Shown piece after piece: positions 27,046 to 38,191 of a stretch of DNA of 64,000 nt. The notes below the pieces were generated by a model, which worked only from the letters and a program-made list of their open reading frames with translations, had not been told where the DNA came from and made no database searches. The stretch spans positions 2,496,001 through 2,560,000 of the forward strand of contig OZ253442.1 in NCBI GenBank assembly GCA_965261085.1, given 5' to 3'. The stretch's first letter is position 1. Every line of letters begins with the position of its first letter. The position numbers were made by a program, and so were the translations under genes. This stretch comes from a bacterium. GTDB taxonomy: Bacteria; UBA8248.

Positions 27046-28395
27046 GTGAGTCAAGAATTAATTGCGGTCCTGACACAATTGGAACGTGAGCGAGGTGTCT
27101 CCAAAAATGTGCTTTTGGATACCCTGAAAGTCGCGATGGCGTCAGCCGCGAAGAAACAATACGGTTTGGGCAAAAATGTGGATGTATCATTTGATGAACA
27201 AACCGGTGAAATTGACGTTAAAGCAGCGAAAGAAGTCGTCAGGATAGTTCAGAACCCTCAGAGTGAGATCCTTTTAGATGAGGCACGCAAGGAAAATCCT
27301 GATATTCAGGTTGGGGATTTTCTTTCACAGGGTGTCGAAACCGAGGGGCTGGGGAGGATAGCTGCGCAAATTGCTAAGCAAGTAATATTGCAGCGAGTAC
27401 GAGAGGCAGAGCGTGCGAATATTTACGAAGAATTCAAGGAGCGTGAAGGCGATTTGATTACAGGGTCTGTCTCCCAGGTAGAGCGCGGCAATATTTATGT
27501 AGATATTGGTCGTACAGAGGCGATCCTCCCTCGTCGGGAGCAAATATTCAGAGAGGTCTATAAGCGTGGTGATCGGATCCGTGCTTATATTATGGAGGTG
27601 CGCGAAATAACGAAAGGTCCTCAAATTGTTCTCAGCAGAACGCATCCTGGCTTGCTGATTCGTCTATTTGAGATGGAAGTACCGGAAATTTACGATGGCA
27701 TAGTGGCCATAAAAGATTGCGTCCGAGAGCCTAGTGGACGTTCAAAAGTTTCTGTTGTAAGTCATGAACGAGACATCGATCCCGTGGGCGCATGTGTAGG
27801 GACACGGGGCAGCCGTGTGCAATCGATTGTTCAAGAGCTTAGAGGAGAGAAAATCGATATCATCTCTTGGAGTGACGATATACGCACATATGCGGCTAAT
27901 GCGCTCAGTCCTGCCAAAATCCAGCACATCACTTTGTTTGATGATGAAGGTCGAATGGAGGTATTGGTGCCTGACGATCAGCTTTCTCTGGCGATTGGGA
28001 AAGGCGGCCAAAATGTTCGCTTGGCAGCTAAACTCTTGGGCTGGAAAATTGATCTGAAAGGTGAGGGTGAGTATCGACGCATTATTGCCGAGCAGGCATT
28101 TTCGAGCGACGACCGCCAGGAGAATGTTGCTGACGTGGAAGATCAGGACGAAAGCATTCAACCGACGGAAGCTGATGGAGACTCTGCCAGTGAATTAATA
28201 GAATTAGATCTTGTTGGTGAGAAAATGGCGCGGCTTTTGGCGGACAATGGATTTTCTACGATTGCGGCGATTAGCGCGGCATCGACGGATGAATTATGTG
28301 AGGTTCCCGGGATTGGGCCCAAGAGGGCCGAGTTGCTGATTGAAGCTGCTCGGTCTCATGAAAAATCCACTGGCATGGAGTCCCATGAGGGATGA
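27046..28395 (+). CDS. nusA: Transcription factor NusA
   Basis: GRIAAQ.AKQ, LFEMEVPEI, LSLAIGKGGQNVRLA. Confidence 0.97.
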   Translation: MSQELIAVLTQLERERGVSKNVLLDTLKVAMASAAKKQYGLGKNVDVSFDEQTGEIDVKAAKEVVRIVQNPQSEILLDEARKENPDIQVGDFLSQGVETEGLGRIAAQIAKQVILQRVREAERANIYEEFKEREGDLITGSVSQVERGNIYVDIGRTEAILPRREQIFREVYKRGDRIRAYIMEVREITKGPQIVLSRTHPGLLIRLFEMEVPEIYDGIVAIKDCVREPSGRSKVSVVSHERDIDPVGACVGTRGSRVQSIVQELRGEKIDIISWSDDIRTYAANALSPAKIQHITLFDDEGRMEVLVPDDQLSLAIGKGGQNVRLAAKLLGWKIDLKGEGEYRRIIAEQAFSSDDRQENVADVEDQDESIQPTEADGDSASELIELDLVGEKMARLLADNGFSTIAAISAASTDELCEVPGIGPKRAELLIEAARSHEKSTGMESHEG

Positions 28396-28410
28396 TGAAG
28401 GAATGTATGT

Positions 28411-28974
28411 TTGCCAGATAGAACATGTATAGTTTGTCGGAATAAGGGAAATGTGAATATTTTTTTCAGGATGGTAATCGCCCCGGAAGGGAATATCGCT
28501 TGCGAGCTAGGAAGAAAATTGCCAGGAAGAGGGGCTCATTGTTGTTTTAATATGAATTGTATTTCGAAGCTTATTTCTTCGAATCGATTGGAAATTGTGT
28601 TGAAAAGAAGGAATTTCAGAGTCGATTCGAATGAATTGATTCGAAATGTGAGAATGCTCCTTAAACGAAATCTCAAGGGCATGTTGATTGCTTCTAAAAG
28701 AAAGGGTGTACTCACCTTTGGAAAAGAAGCGGTTTTCAAGAAGATAAAGCTCTCGAAAACGGGGAAACCGTTTGTTTCCAAAGATATATCACCTAAAAGT
28801 TTGATGAACTTGAAATATATTTCGGAAGAATTTTATATTTTGCCTTTTGCTATGAATGAACTCGGAGGATTTTTGAGTCAAAAACCGATTGGCGTGTTAT
28901 TTATCGATGAACTTCTTCTTGTGAATAGTATCTGCTTGCGCTTGATGCAGGAAAGAGCAATTTGTAATGGTTGA
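28411..28974 (+). CDS. ylxR: YlxR (DUF448) protein with L7Ae-like C-terminal extension
   Basis: PDRTCIVCR, PGRGAH; lies between nusA and infB. Confidence 0.8.
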   Translation: MPDRTCIVCRNKGNVNIFFRMVIAPEGNIACELGRKLPGRGAHCCFNMNCISKLISSNRLEIVLKRRNFRVDSNELIRNVRMLLKRNLKGMLIASKRKGVLTFGKEAVFKKIKLSKTGKPFVSKDISPKSLMNLKYISEEFYILPFAMNELGGFLSQKPIGVLFIDELLLVNSICLRLMQERAICNG

Positions 28975-29053
28975 AGCAAGATATGTATCGGGGTTTATCT
29001 TAGATTTACTTTCGATTTGATAATGGATGTGAAAAATCTGCAGTGGAGGATTC

Positions 29054-31312
29054 ATGGCGAGCGTACGCGTATACCAACTGGCTAAAAATCTTGGATATGA
29101 CAGCAGGACTTTTGTTGAGGAATTAGCCAGGGAAGGAATCGTAGTTAAAAGCCATATGAGTACTGTGGATGATGAAACAGCGGAACTGGTCATGGCGCTT
29201 TTTTCTCAAGAAACACTTCAAGAGGAGAAAGTGGCTCCAGCAATCAAAACTGAAGAAAAGACTTCAACAAAGGCAAAAGTTAAAAAGCCGGAAAAAGCAA
29301 ATGAGTCTGGCTTGAAAGATGTAGAATCCCAAAAAGAATCAACAGTTTCTCCTGCCATTCAAGAAGCGGCAGTTCAGGTATCTGTAACACCAGAAGATAC
29401 CGTTGTTGACGAAAAGCCAAGCGCGGAAAAAGAGAAGGTTAGTACAGAAAAACAAACAGTTTCAGACAAAACAACTCCATTACCTGAAGATAAAGTCGTC
29501 ACATCATCACCAAGTTCCAAAGTTGCCCGGGATGCCGGCAAAGAAAAACTTTCTCGCCGGCATGGAGGGCGCGTACGTATTGCAGAGACGATAACGGTGA
29601 AAGAACTCGCTGAAAAAATTAATGTAAAGGCGACAGAAGTTATCAAGGAGTTGATGAAAAAAGGCCAGATGACGACTATCAATCAAATGATAGATCACAA
29701 CACGGCTACAAATATATCCGAAACCTTCGGCTATGAAGTTGAAATATCTAAAGACAACATTGAAGATCTACTGATTCAAGAGGAGGATAGGGAAGAAGAT
29801 CTTCAGCCCAGGGCTCCTGTTATAACAATTATGGGTCATGTTGATCATGGCAAAACGAGGCTTCTCGATGCCATCCGCAAAGCCAATGTGATGGAAGGCG
29901 AAGCAGGTGGGATTACCCAGCATATAGGTGCCTATCGGGTTACCACGGACAAGGGGACGGCTGTATTTTTGGATACGCCGGGACATGAAGCCTTTACAGC
30001 AATGAGGGCGCGTGGAGCGCAAGTGACAGATTTAGTAATCATCGTAGTAGCTGCGAATGAAGGCGTCATGCCCCAGACTCGAGAGGCAATCGATCATGCA
30101 AAAGCCGCTGGAGTTCCGATTATGGTGGCGATGAATAAAATGGACTTAGCGGATGCAAATCCCGACAGGGTAAAACAACAACTCTCGACATTGGATTTGA
30201 TCCCGGAAGGTTGGGGTGGGGATACGGTTTATTCTGAAATTTCCGCAAAAGAGAATATCGGAATTGATGAGCTTTTGGACCTTGCTATTTTGCAGGCGGA
30301 ACTTATGGAGTTGAAGGCCAACCCGAACCGGCTTGCCAGCGGTGTTGTCGTGGAAGCGAAGCTGGATAGAGGACGTGGTCCGGTTGCTACTGTTTTGGTT
30401 GAACGAGGCACTTTGAATGTGAGTGATAATTTCGTAGCTGGCAAATGGAATGGCAAAGTTCGCGCATTATTCGATGACCAGGGCCGCAAGTTGAAGGTCG
30501 TGGGACCTTCTACGCCAGTAGAAATTTTGGGATTCGCCGGTGTTCCTGAGGCTGGTGATACATTTACGGTTTTAGAAGATGAGAAGATGGCGAGAGAGAT
30601 AAGCGCAAGGCGTCAACAACGTGAACGCATGGCGGCGCTGATGGCTTCAGCGCGCGTTTCTCTGGAAAGTTTCATGGAAAGCGTAGAGGAAGGCCAAGTC
30701 AAAGAGTTGAGCTTAATTTTGAAAGCAGATGTGCAGGGAAGCATAGAGGCGTTGAAGGAATCTTTGGGCAAGCTAGGGAATGAGGAGGTAGGAGTTAAGG
30801 TTCTACTTAGTGCTGTAGGTGGGATCACAGAAACCGATGTGATGCTTGCGGCTGCCTCGGCGGCCGTTATCGTAGGTTTTAATGTTCGTCCGACGCCAGG
30901 AGCCAGAGAAGTTGCGAAACATGAAAAAGTAGATATTCGATTATATTCAGTCATCTATGATGCTATCGATGAAATCAAATCGGCTCTTGAGGGAATACTA
31001 GAACCCGTTCAACGGGAAGTTGTACGCGGGCACGCGGAAATCCGGGAGCTATTCCATGTTCCTAATGTGGGAACGATAGCGGGTTGTTATGTCACCGACG
31101 GAAATATTAATAGAAATTCAAGTGCTCGCCTCATCCGGGACAATGTAGTTATCTATACGGGCAAGATTTCATCTTTGAGGCGCTTCAAAGATGATGTGAA
31201 CGAGGTTCATTCTGGTTATGAGTGTGGAATCGGAATTGAGAATTACAATGACCTCAAGCAAGGCGACCTAATAGAACCGTATATTACGGAAGAAGTATCT
31301 CGGACGCTTTAG
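29054..31312 (+). CDS. infB: Translation initiation factor IF-2
   Basis: [26 protein letters not shown]. Confidence 0.98.
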   Translation: MASVRVYQLAKNLGYDSRTFVEELAREGIVVKSHMSTVDDETAELVMALFSQETLQEEKVAPAIKTEEKTSTKAKVKKPEKANESGLKDVESQKESTVSPAIQEAAVQVSVTPEDTVVDEKPSAEKEKVSTEKQTVSDKTTPLPEDKVVTSSPSSKVARDAGKEKLSRRHGGRVRIAETITVKELAEKINVKATEVIKELMKKGQMTTINQMIDHNTATNISETFGYEVEISKDNIEDLLIQEEDREEDLQPRAPVITIMGHVDHGKTRLLDAIRKANVMEGEAGGITQHIGAYRVTTDKGTAVFLDTPGHEAFTAMRARGAQVTDLVIIVVAANEGVMPQTREAIDHAKAAGVPIMVAMNKMDLADANPDRVKQQLSTLDLIPEGWGGDTVYSEISAKENIGIDELLDLAILQAELMELKANPNRLASGVVVEAKLDRGRGPVATVLVERGTLNVSDNFVAGKWNGKVRALFDDQGRKLKVVGPSTPVEILGFAGVPEAGDTFTVLEDEKMAREISARRQQRERMAALMASARVSLESFMESVEEGQVKELSLILKADVQGSIEALKESLGKLGNEEVGVKVLLSAVGGITETDVMLAAASAAVIVGFNVRPTPGAREVAKHEKVDIRLYSVIYDAIDEIKSALEGILEPVQREVVRGHAEIRELFHVPNVGTIAGCYVTDGNINRNSSARLIRDNVVIYTGKISSLRRFKDDVNEVHSGYECGIGIENYNDLKQGDLIEPYITEEVSRTL

Positions 31313-31349
31313 GTTGTTTTGCGTCGTCTTTTTTTGAAACCTCTACTCT

Positions 31350-31634
31350 ATGCCTTTTGTTGGTCTTTTGAAAATCGATATTCAGATTCCTGAATGTCGT
31401 TCGCTCAAGGCAAAGCGTAAGATAGTTCAGTCGATAACAACGCGCCTGCGTCAACGGTTCAATGTATCTGTCGCTGAAGTCGATTTTCAGGATAAGTGGC
31501 AGCGATGTCGTATCGGCGTGAGTGTAGTAAGCAATGAGGGTCGATTTGTAGACAGCCAACTTAGAAAAGTACTGAATTTCCTTGAGGGAATGGGTTTAAT
31601 CATTATATTGGATTTTGATATCGAGATTTTTTGA
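31350..31634 (+). CDS. DUF503 (YlxP) protein
   Basis: SLKAKR..FNVSVAEVD.QDKWQR; usual position after infB. Confidence 0.9.
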   Translation: MPFVGLLKIDIQIPECRSLKAKRKIVQSITTRLRQRFNVSVAEVDFQDKWQRCRIGVSVVSNEGRFVDSQLRKVLNFLEGMGLIIILDFDIEIF

Positions 31635-31658
31635 AACTCATAGAGAGAAATTGAAAAC

Positions 31659-32012
31659 ATGAGCAATTCTCGTATGCTGCGCGTGGCGGAACTCATACAA
31701 TCCGAACTCGCGAATATGGTGATGAGGGATGTGAAAGATCCACGCGTGAGGAATGTTGTAATTACTCGAGTAGAAGTGTCCCCGGATTTGAGAGTTGCGA
31801 AGGTATATTTTAGCCGTTACGGTATAAATCAAGGAAATTTTGAGGAAATTGAAGAGGGTCTCAAGGGACTTGAACGTGCCAGTGGATTCTTGCAGATGAA
31901 ACTTGCCGAACGTTTGCAATTGAAAAGTACACCTAGGCTTAAATTCTTCACCGATCGCAGTTTGGCATACAGTGACGAAATTGAACGTTTATTATCTGAT
32001 TTGAAGAAATAA
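31659..32012 (+). CDS. rbfA: Ribosome-binding factor A
   Basis: VKDPRV..VEVSPDLRVAKVY..TPRLKF. Confidence 0.95.
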   Translation: MSNSRMLRVAELIQSELANMVMRDVKDPRVRNVVITRVEVSPDLRVAKVYFSRYGINQGNFEEIEEGLKGLERASGFLQMKLAERLQLKSTPRLKFFTDRSLAYSDEIERLLSDLKK

Positions 32013-32014
32013 GT

Positions 32015-32959
32015 TTGAGAAAGGATAGTAGGTTGGAACTCTCGGGTGTCTTGAATCTGAAGAAAAAACATGGCCCTACCTCGCACGATATGGTTGATGA
32101 AGTAAGAAAACTGCTTCCCGCAAAAACAAAAGTGGGGCATGCAGGCACACTTGATCCTATGGCCGAAGGAGTATTGCCGATTTGTATTGGTAATTCGACG
32201 AAATTGTTCTCATATTTTTTGGGGTGTAAGAAAACGTATCGTGCTGTCATGTTGTTTGGACGAGTGACAGATACCCAGGATATTACTGGAAAATTGTTGG
32301 CCGAATCTGAGCCAGGAGATATTGCACTTCCTCGAGCCCAAGAACTTTTGAATGCTATGTTGGGCAAAACAATGCAGGTACCACCGATGTATTCCGCTTT
32401 GAAGGCCAATGGAAAGCGCCTGCATGAATTAGCGCGTTCTGGCAAGGAAATTGAAAGAGAGAAGCGACCCATAGAGGTATTCAGGATCAAAGCAATTGGA
32501 ATAGAAGGTCCCCAACTCACCTTTGATGTCACATGTTCTCGGGGAACATATATTCGATCTATTTGTCATGATGTTGGCGCCAATCAAAGAGCCGGCGGAT
32601 GTTTACAAGCACTCACGCGAACTGCCTTGGGCCCGTTCGAACTCTTAGATTCCATTTTTCTCGAAGATGTTCAAAGTCATTTGAAAGAAAAACGTCTTAA
32701 AGATATTCTAATGAGTCCGGCACAGGCTCTCGCACATTTGCCTGCCATCTATGTGCACCCGAGAGCGGAGGTGCGGGTGTTGAATGGCGCTATGATCAGG
32801 ATCGAAGATGTTCGGGAAGTTGTTGATTATCCAGTAGATACCCTTGTCCGTATGCTGAATGAACCGGGAGAATTATTGGCGGTTGGAAAAATGGTCCATG
32901 AAAATATACGAAAACGTAACCAAGGGTTTGTGGCGCCTGAAAAAGTGTTTGCCACCTAG
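32015..32959 (+). CDS. truB: tRNA pseudouridine(55) synthase
   Basis: KVGHAGTLDPMAEGVL, PPMYSALK, GTYIRS. Confidence 0.97.
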   Translation: MRKDSRLELSGVLNLKKKHGPTSHDMVDEVRKLLPAKTKVGHAGTLDPMAEGVLPICIGNSTKLFSYFLGCKKTYRAVMLFGRVTDTQDITGKLLAESEPGDIALPRAQELLNAMLGKTMQVPPMYSALKANGKRLHELARSGKEIEREKRPIEVFRIKAIGIEGPQLTFDVTCSRGTYIRSICHDVGANQRAGGCLQALTRTALGPFELLDSIFLEDVQSHLKEKRLKDILMSPAQALAHLPAIYVHPRAEVRVLNGAMIRIEDVREVVDYPVDTLVRMLNEPGELLAVGKMVHENIRKRNQGFVAPEKVFAT

Positions 32960-32983
32960 ATTTAAGAGAAGATCTGTTCTGTA

Positions 32984-33012
32984 TTTACATTGATGGAAAA
33001 GTTGTATACAAT
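32984..33012 (+). promoter_or_regulatory. Sigma70-type promoter of rpsO-pnp
   Basis: TTTACA-17 nt-TACAAT. Confidence 0.6.
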
Positions 33013-33093
33013 CCGCCCGGTTTCACGAAGTTGCGCTAATGTGGCTCATCAGGGCCGAGAGAGACGATATAAGCAGTGGAGGAAGTGACAGAA

Positions 33094-33363
33094 ATGCCCC
33101 TAGCAAAGGAGCGAAAATCGGAAGTTATCGAAAAATTTCGCACACATGACACCGACACCGGTTCACCAGAAGTGCAGGTAGCTATCCTAACCGAGCGCAT
33201 TACCTACCTCACAGACCATTTCAAGACCCACAAGAAAGATCATCATTCCCGAAGAGGTCTACTCAAGCTCGTGGGTCAGCGGCGTCGCCTCCTTGATTAT
33301 TTGAAAGAGAAGGACATCAACCGCTACCGCACGATCATTCAGGATCTTGGCCTGCGTCGCTAG
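33094..33363 (+). CDS. rpsO: 30S ribosomal protein S15
   Basis: [20 protein letters not shown]. Confidence 0.98.
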   Translation: MPLAKERKSEVIEKFRTHDTDTGSPEVQVAILTERITYLTDHFKTHKKDHHSRRGLLKLVGQRRRLLDYLKEKDINRYRTIIQDLGLRR

Positions 33364-33395
33364 CCGTGGATCTTGCCTCAGAGGGAAGTAATATA

Positions 33396-35531
33396 ATGCC
33401 ACCGTATCGAAAAAACATATCTATTAATGGTTACACTCTTGCTTTTGAAACAGGTGAGATAGCCAAGCAAGCCGGTGGCGCCGTAATGATGCATTATGGT
33501 GAAACCAGTGTGCTGTGTACGGCTTGCGCCTCGCACTCGCCTCGTGAGGGAATAGACTTTTTCCCACTTACTGTCGATTATCGAGAATTTTTCTACGCAG
33601 CAGGAATTATTCCCGGCAATTTTTTCCGGCGCGAGGCAAGACCTGGCGAGAGAGAGACATTAACCTGTCGTTTAATCGATAGGCCAATTCGTCCTCTTTT
33701 CCCGAAGGAATTTCGTTGTGAGACGATGATTCAGGTCATGGTCATGTCTTACGATAAGTTGAATGATTCCGATATTTTGGCAATCAATGGAACCTCCGCC
33801 GCTCTCCATATTTCAGATATCCCTTTCGCAGGTCCTATCGGTGCTGTTCGTGTCGGGCGAATTGATGGCGAAATTATTGTTAATCCCACGATCGAACAGC
33901 AAATTGACAGCGATGTGAATTGTGTGATGGCAGGAACATCGGATGCGATAGTGATGGTGGAGGCAGGAAGTTTCGAAGTTTCTGAAGACGTATATATGGA
34001 AGCGTTTGAAAAAGGCCATGCGGTGATTAAAGAGTTGTGCGCTCTACAGAATGAACTGAGAGAGGAATGCGGAAAAACTAAACGCGTCATCGAGCCTGAA
34101 GAAGAAGATGCGGAACTTCTAGGGAAGGTTCGTGAAATTGTTCTTCCTAAATTAAAGGCGGCTGCGGAGATTCACGATAAGGCAGGACAATATGGCGCAA
34201 TTGATGAGGCGAAAGCTGCTGCCGTCGGTTCTCTTTGCTCAGATGAGGAAGGGTCTCCTGGAAGAGGAGTTGTCTCTGATTATTTTGGGAAAATCGAAAA
34301 AGAAGTTTTCCGTGGTTTGATTTTAGACGAGGGGAAACGTTCCGATGGTCGGGGGCTTCGTGATGTCAGGCCGATTACCATCAGAATGTCACCTCTTGCC
34401 AGGCCCCACGGCAGCTCATTATTCACACGTGGTGAAACCCAGGCGTTGGTGACTGTAACGTTAGGTACGGCCTCCCAAGCGCAATTAATAGACACTCTGG
34501 ATGGCAAAGCCGACAGGACTTTTCTTCTGCACTATAATTTTCCCGGATTTAGCGTCGGTGAAGCGAAACCAAACCGCGGCCCTGGCCGCCGCGAAATTGG
34601 CCACGGTGCGCTTGCTTCTCGCGCCGTGCAGGCGATATTGCCCGAGCAGGAAGATTTTCCCTATACAATCCGCGTGGTCTCAGATATCACGGAGAGCAAT
34701 GGTAGTTCATCCATGGCGAGCATCTGCGGCGCTAGCTTGGCCTTGATGAGTGCGGGTGTACCGATAACATCTCCAGTGGCCGGCATTGCCATGGGCTTAA
34801 TTAGTGAAGAATCCACAGGGAGAACGGCAATACTTACGGATATCCTTGGATTGGAAGATCATTTAGGAGATATGGACTTCAAGGTTGGTGGTACGCGTCA
34901 TGGCATTACTGCCCTTCAGATGGATATCAAGATCAAAGGGTTGCAATTGAGCCTCGTGGGAGATGCTTTGGCCCAGGCCAACGATGCGCGGATGCATGTA
35001 CTTGAGCAGATGGATAAAGTGATTTCCCAGCCAAGCGAAGAGATTTCCCCTTACGCGCCGAGGATTATGACGATTCAGGTTTCCAAAGATCGTGTGAGAG
35101 ATGTCATTGGACCGGGCGGGAAAGTGATTCGGGGAATTGTCGAGGAGACGGGGGCAGATGTAGATATCGAAGATGATGGAACAATCTTCATCTCCTCCAC
35201 CGATGAGGCGGCAGCTCTTAGGGCGATAGAGATCATTCGTGAGCTGACTCAGGAAGCCGAAAAGGGCACGATTTACTATGGTACAGTCAGAAAAATCATG
35301 GATTTTGGAGCATTCGTCGAAATATTCCCAGGAACGGATGGCCTTTGTCATATCAGCATGATTGCAAAGAAGAGAATTGGTTCTGTAAGTGATGTCTTAA
35401 AAGAAGGCCAGAAGGTTTTGGTGAAATGCATCGAAGTGGAAGGAAACGGGAGAATTCGCCTCTCGATGAAAGATGTCACAGAAGAAGAGTTGCCCGAAGA
35501 ATGGAAGCAATTCTATGCGCCCGTGACCTGA
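33396..35531 (+). CDS. pnp: Polynucleotide phosphorylase
   Basis: FFPLTVDY, RREIGHG, ESNGSSSMAS, GDMDFK, KH and S1 domains. Confidence 0.98.
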   Translation: MPPYRKNISINGYTLAFETGEIAKQAGGAVMMHYGETSVLCTACASHSPREGIDFFPLTVDYREFFYAAGIIPGNFFRREARPGERETLTCRLIDRPIRPLFPKEFRCETMIQVMVMSYDKLNDSDILAINGTSAALHISDIPFAGPIGAVRVGRIDGEIIVNPTIEQQIDSDVNCVMAGTSDAIVMVEAGSFEVSEDVYMEAFEKGHAVIKELCALQNELREECGKTKRVIEPEEEDAELLGKVREIVLPKLKAAAEIHDKAGQYGAIDEAKAAAVGSLCSDEEGSPGRGVVSDYFGKIEKEVFRGLILDEGKRSDGRGLRDVRPITIRMSPLARPHGSSLFTRGETQALVTVTLGTASQAQLIDTLDGKADRTFLLHYNFPGFSVGEAKPNRGPGRREIGHGALASRAVQAILPEQEDFPYTIRVVSDITESNGSSSMASICGASLALMSAGVPITSPVAGIAMGLISEESTGRTAILTDILGLEDHLGDMDFKVGGTRHGITALQMDIKIKGLQLSLVGDALAQANDARMHVLEQMDKVISQPSEEISPYAPRIMTIQVSKDRVRDVIGPGGKVIRGIVEETGADVDIEDDGTIFISSTDEAAALRAIEIIRELTQEAEKGTIYYGTVRKIMDFGAFVEIFPGTDGLCHISMIAKKRIGSVSDVLKEGQKVLVKCIEVEGNGRIRLSMKDVTEEELPEEWKQFYAPVT

Positions 35532-35554
35532 TGAAACTAAATTTTGATGTGTGC

Positions 35555-35582
35555 ACCGGTCTCCTCGGAGGCCGGTTTTTTT
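35555..35582 (+). terminator. Intrinsic terminator after pnp
   Basis: ACCGGTCTCC/GGAGGCCGGT hairpin followed by a T run. Confidence 0.75.
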
Positions 35583-35668
35583 GGTTTGCTCCCATGAAAA
35601 ATAGATGTAGCGCATTTATTGGTACGGCGTGTCACTGATAACTCTTCAAGAAAATCCAGAGGGTAAAA

Positions 35669-36757
35669 ATGAACAAAAAATCATTAGGTGTGGGTGTTGT
35701 AGGTTCTGGCAGAATAGGAACCCTGCGAGCTAATCTGGTCTCACATCACCCGTCTCTTGAATTTTTGGCGGTATCGGACATTGATCTAGACCGGGCGAAA
35801 GAATTAGGGGGGCAAGTAGGCGCCCAACTAGCTACAGGTCGAAATGAAGAAGTAATAGAACACCCGGATGTCACGACTGTCATCGTGTCCACACCCGAGC
35901 ACGATCACGCCGATTCCATTATCCATGCCTTGGAATTAGGCAAGCCTGTGCTGGTGGAAAAACCGATTTCCCTGACCTTGGAAGATGCCGACCGCATACT
36001 CTCAGTTGCCGAGAGGACGGGTACTGAACTCAGGGTAGGTTATGCCCAACGGTTCAAACGTCGCTACCAGATGGCGAAAGAACAAATTATTCAAGGAAGA
36101 CTAGGGGAAATTCTCGCAGGAACAGGCCGGACCTGTAACACTCGCGCCCAGGGACTACAGATACTGAAACGCTCTCCTCACGCAACGCCTGTGCTTGATG
36201 TGCTCACGTATTGGGTGGATATGACCTGTTGGTTCATGGAAGGTCATCGCCCAGTGGAGGTGGTCGCTCGTGGAAACGGGAAAATATACAAAGAACTCGG
36301 CTATTCAGTGAACGATGTCACTTGGTCGATCGTTACATTTGACAATGGAGCCGTAATGAATTTGGGTGTTTTTTACGCCCTGCCTGCGAAATACCCGGCA
36401 CTGGGCCAAAGTGTGAGGATGGAAATTTATGGTACGGATGGCGTTTTAATGCTTGATGAAGACCATAAGGATGAGATGCTATACACCGACAAGGGAATTC
36501 CACACACATATATACCGGATCATCACATCCACACTGCATTTTTGAGCAGTACGACTCCTGGTGACTGGGCGGCGGGTGATTATTGGGGTCCACTGGGTGA
36601 TGAAACAAGAAGCTGGCTGGATCATGTTATCAATGGGAGACCAACAACTCACGCCACGGCTGAGGATGCGCGTCAAACTTTGGAAGTGACGATAGCGATG
36701 GAGTTGTCTTCCAAAACGGGAGAGGCCGTAAATTTACCATTGGGTGAAGGGCATTAA
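35669..36757 (+). CDS. Gfo/Idh/MocA oxidoreductase
   Basis: VGSGRIG Rossmann motif, LVEKP. Confidence 0.9.
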   Translation: MNKKSLGVGVVGSGRIGTLRANLVSHHPSLEFLAVSDIDLDRAKELGGQVGAQLATGRNEEVIEHPDVTTVIVSTPEHDHADSIIHALELGKPVLVEKPISLTLEDADRILSVAERTGTELRVGYAQRFKRRYQMAKEQIIQGRLGEILAGTGRTCNTRAQGLQILKRSPHATPVLDVLTYWVDMTCWFMEGHRPVEVVARGNGKIYKELGYSVNDVTWSIVTFDNGAVMNLGVFYALPAKYPALGQSVRMEIYGTDGVLMLDEDHKDEMLYTDKGIPHTYIPDHHIHTAFLSSTTPGDWAAGDYWGPLGDETRSWLDHVINGRPTTHATAEDARQTLEVTIAMELSSKTGEAVNLPLGEGH

Positions 36758-37030
36758 GAGATTCGATCGAAAAGAGAAGTCCATGCAAAAGATTCGGCGA
36801 AAATTCAAAGGTCTTCGGTAGTCTTCAACTCTTCAGAATTGGTTGAGCATAATCATCTAACGATATCGATCAAGCGGCATTCGTACAGGGCAGTTTTGGC
36901 TCAGTTACTATAGGATGCAGAAAGCAATTTACGTCCCTTGCTCTCTAGTGTCGCCCCGTATGGTTCAATTCGCACGATTCGGATTTGGACTTGCTACCAC
37001 CAAATGGATAAACGACATCTGCTGTTTGGG

Positions 37031-38080
37031 CTAAGTATTTTCTTTTAAAGCAGAATAATCCTCCGTATAGTTGGGGGCTGGAGTTGCTCCTTGTCCTTGA
37101 ATTATGTGAATTTTGCCTTCGGTTCGGTCGGCATTTCGAAATCCGCGCTGCACACCGGTGGGCACCCAGCAAGCATCCCATGGTTCGAGAACGGCTTGCC
37201 CGATGTTTCCCCGCTCGTCAGCCCAGTAGACCACCCATCTGCCTTCTAGCGCGATAAAAAGTTCCTCACATGGATGGTCATGCAGCGGTGCGCCGCGGCC
37301 ATTGCCGCATTCCACCATTGCGTATCCTATCTCTCCCTCGGATAGGGAAGGTGGTGGGCCTTCATCCGTATCACCGGATACGCCCCCGATATAGCGCCTG
37401 AGAGAACGCACCCCTTCAGGGAGTTTCGCTTCGTGATAAACGCTCCAGTTGCGAGGACATTCTTCAAAACGGACCAGTTGGGTGGCCGGGTCATAGGCAG
37501 GTTTATTGACGTAAGATTCGGTTCGAACGCCATCGGGCAAACCTTCTTGCAGTGATTCAGGATAGACGGGGTATTGGTAGTCGCCTTGGCCGTGGATAAA
37601 ATGAATGAACCCATCATCTTTTCCGACATTTCTGAACCCGCGCATCACACCTGAGGGAACGCGGATAAGATCGTATTTACCCAAGATGATGTTTTGGGGG
37701 GCATTGGTTTCAAAATCTTCCCAAAATATATCGAATTCTCCTTCCCAGACCATGAAAATTTCTTCATCTGGATGATCGTGAAGCGGTGCGCCGTTGTTGG
37801 GAGGAGTCATGGCGATACCACAAGTGAATTCCCAGCCAGGAAGGGGGGAGCGTAGGTTTTGACCAGAAATACCACCAATGTATCGGTAAATCGCCCGGTG
37901 ATTACCCTCGATATGGGAATCGTGATATTCCCCCCAGTCAGGCGCTAATTCACCAAAGCGAATGACTGTAACCGGGGCTACCGTTGTTTTAGGTTTGAGA
38001 GTTTGTTGATTTGAATTTGTGGAAATATTCACTTCTGATTCTCCTCGATAGTGAAAATTACCATCTCTCCAACTACGCAT
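37031..38080 (-). CDS. Bicupin protein
   Basis: Two GAPLHDHP.EE..P.GV.RGFRN repeats; true start possibly GTG near 38032. Confidence 0.85.
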   Translation of the reverse strand: MRSWRDGNFHYRGESEVNISTNSNQQTLKPKTTVAPVTVIRFGELAPDWGEYHDSHIEGNHRAIYRYIGGISGQNLRSPLPGWEFTCGIAMTPPNNGAPLHDHPDEEIFMVWEGEFDIFWEDFETNAPQNIILGKYDLIRVPSGVMRGFRNVGKDDGFIHFIHGQGDYQYPVYPESLQEGLPDGVRTESYVNKPAYDPATQLVRFEECPRNWSVYHEAKLPEGVRSLRRYIGGVSGDTDEGPPPSLSEGEIGYAMVECGNGRGAPLHDHPCEELFIALEGRWVVYWADERGNIGQAVLEPWDACWVPTGVQRGFRNADRTEGKIHIIQGQGATPAPNYTEDYSALKENT

Positions 38081-38191
38081 TTGCTGTAAGTGGTGATTAA
38101 GGCGAATATGTTATCACCATCATAGATGTATTTCTATCCTTGAATTTAGGGTGAATTGTAATGAATGGTTTTTAGATTCCGAGGGTATCGT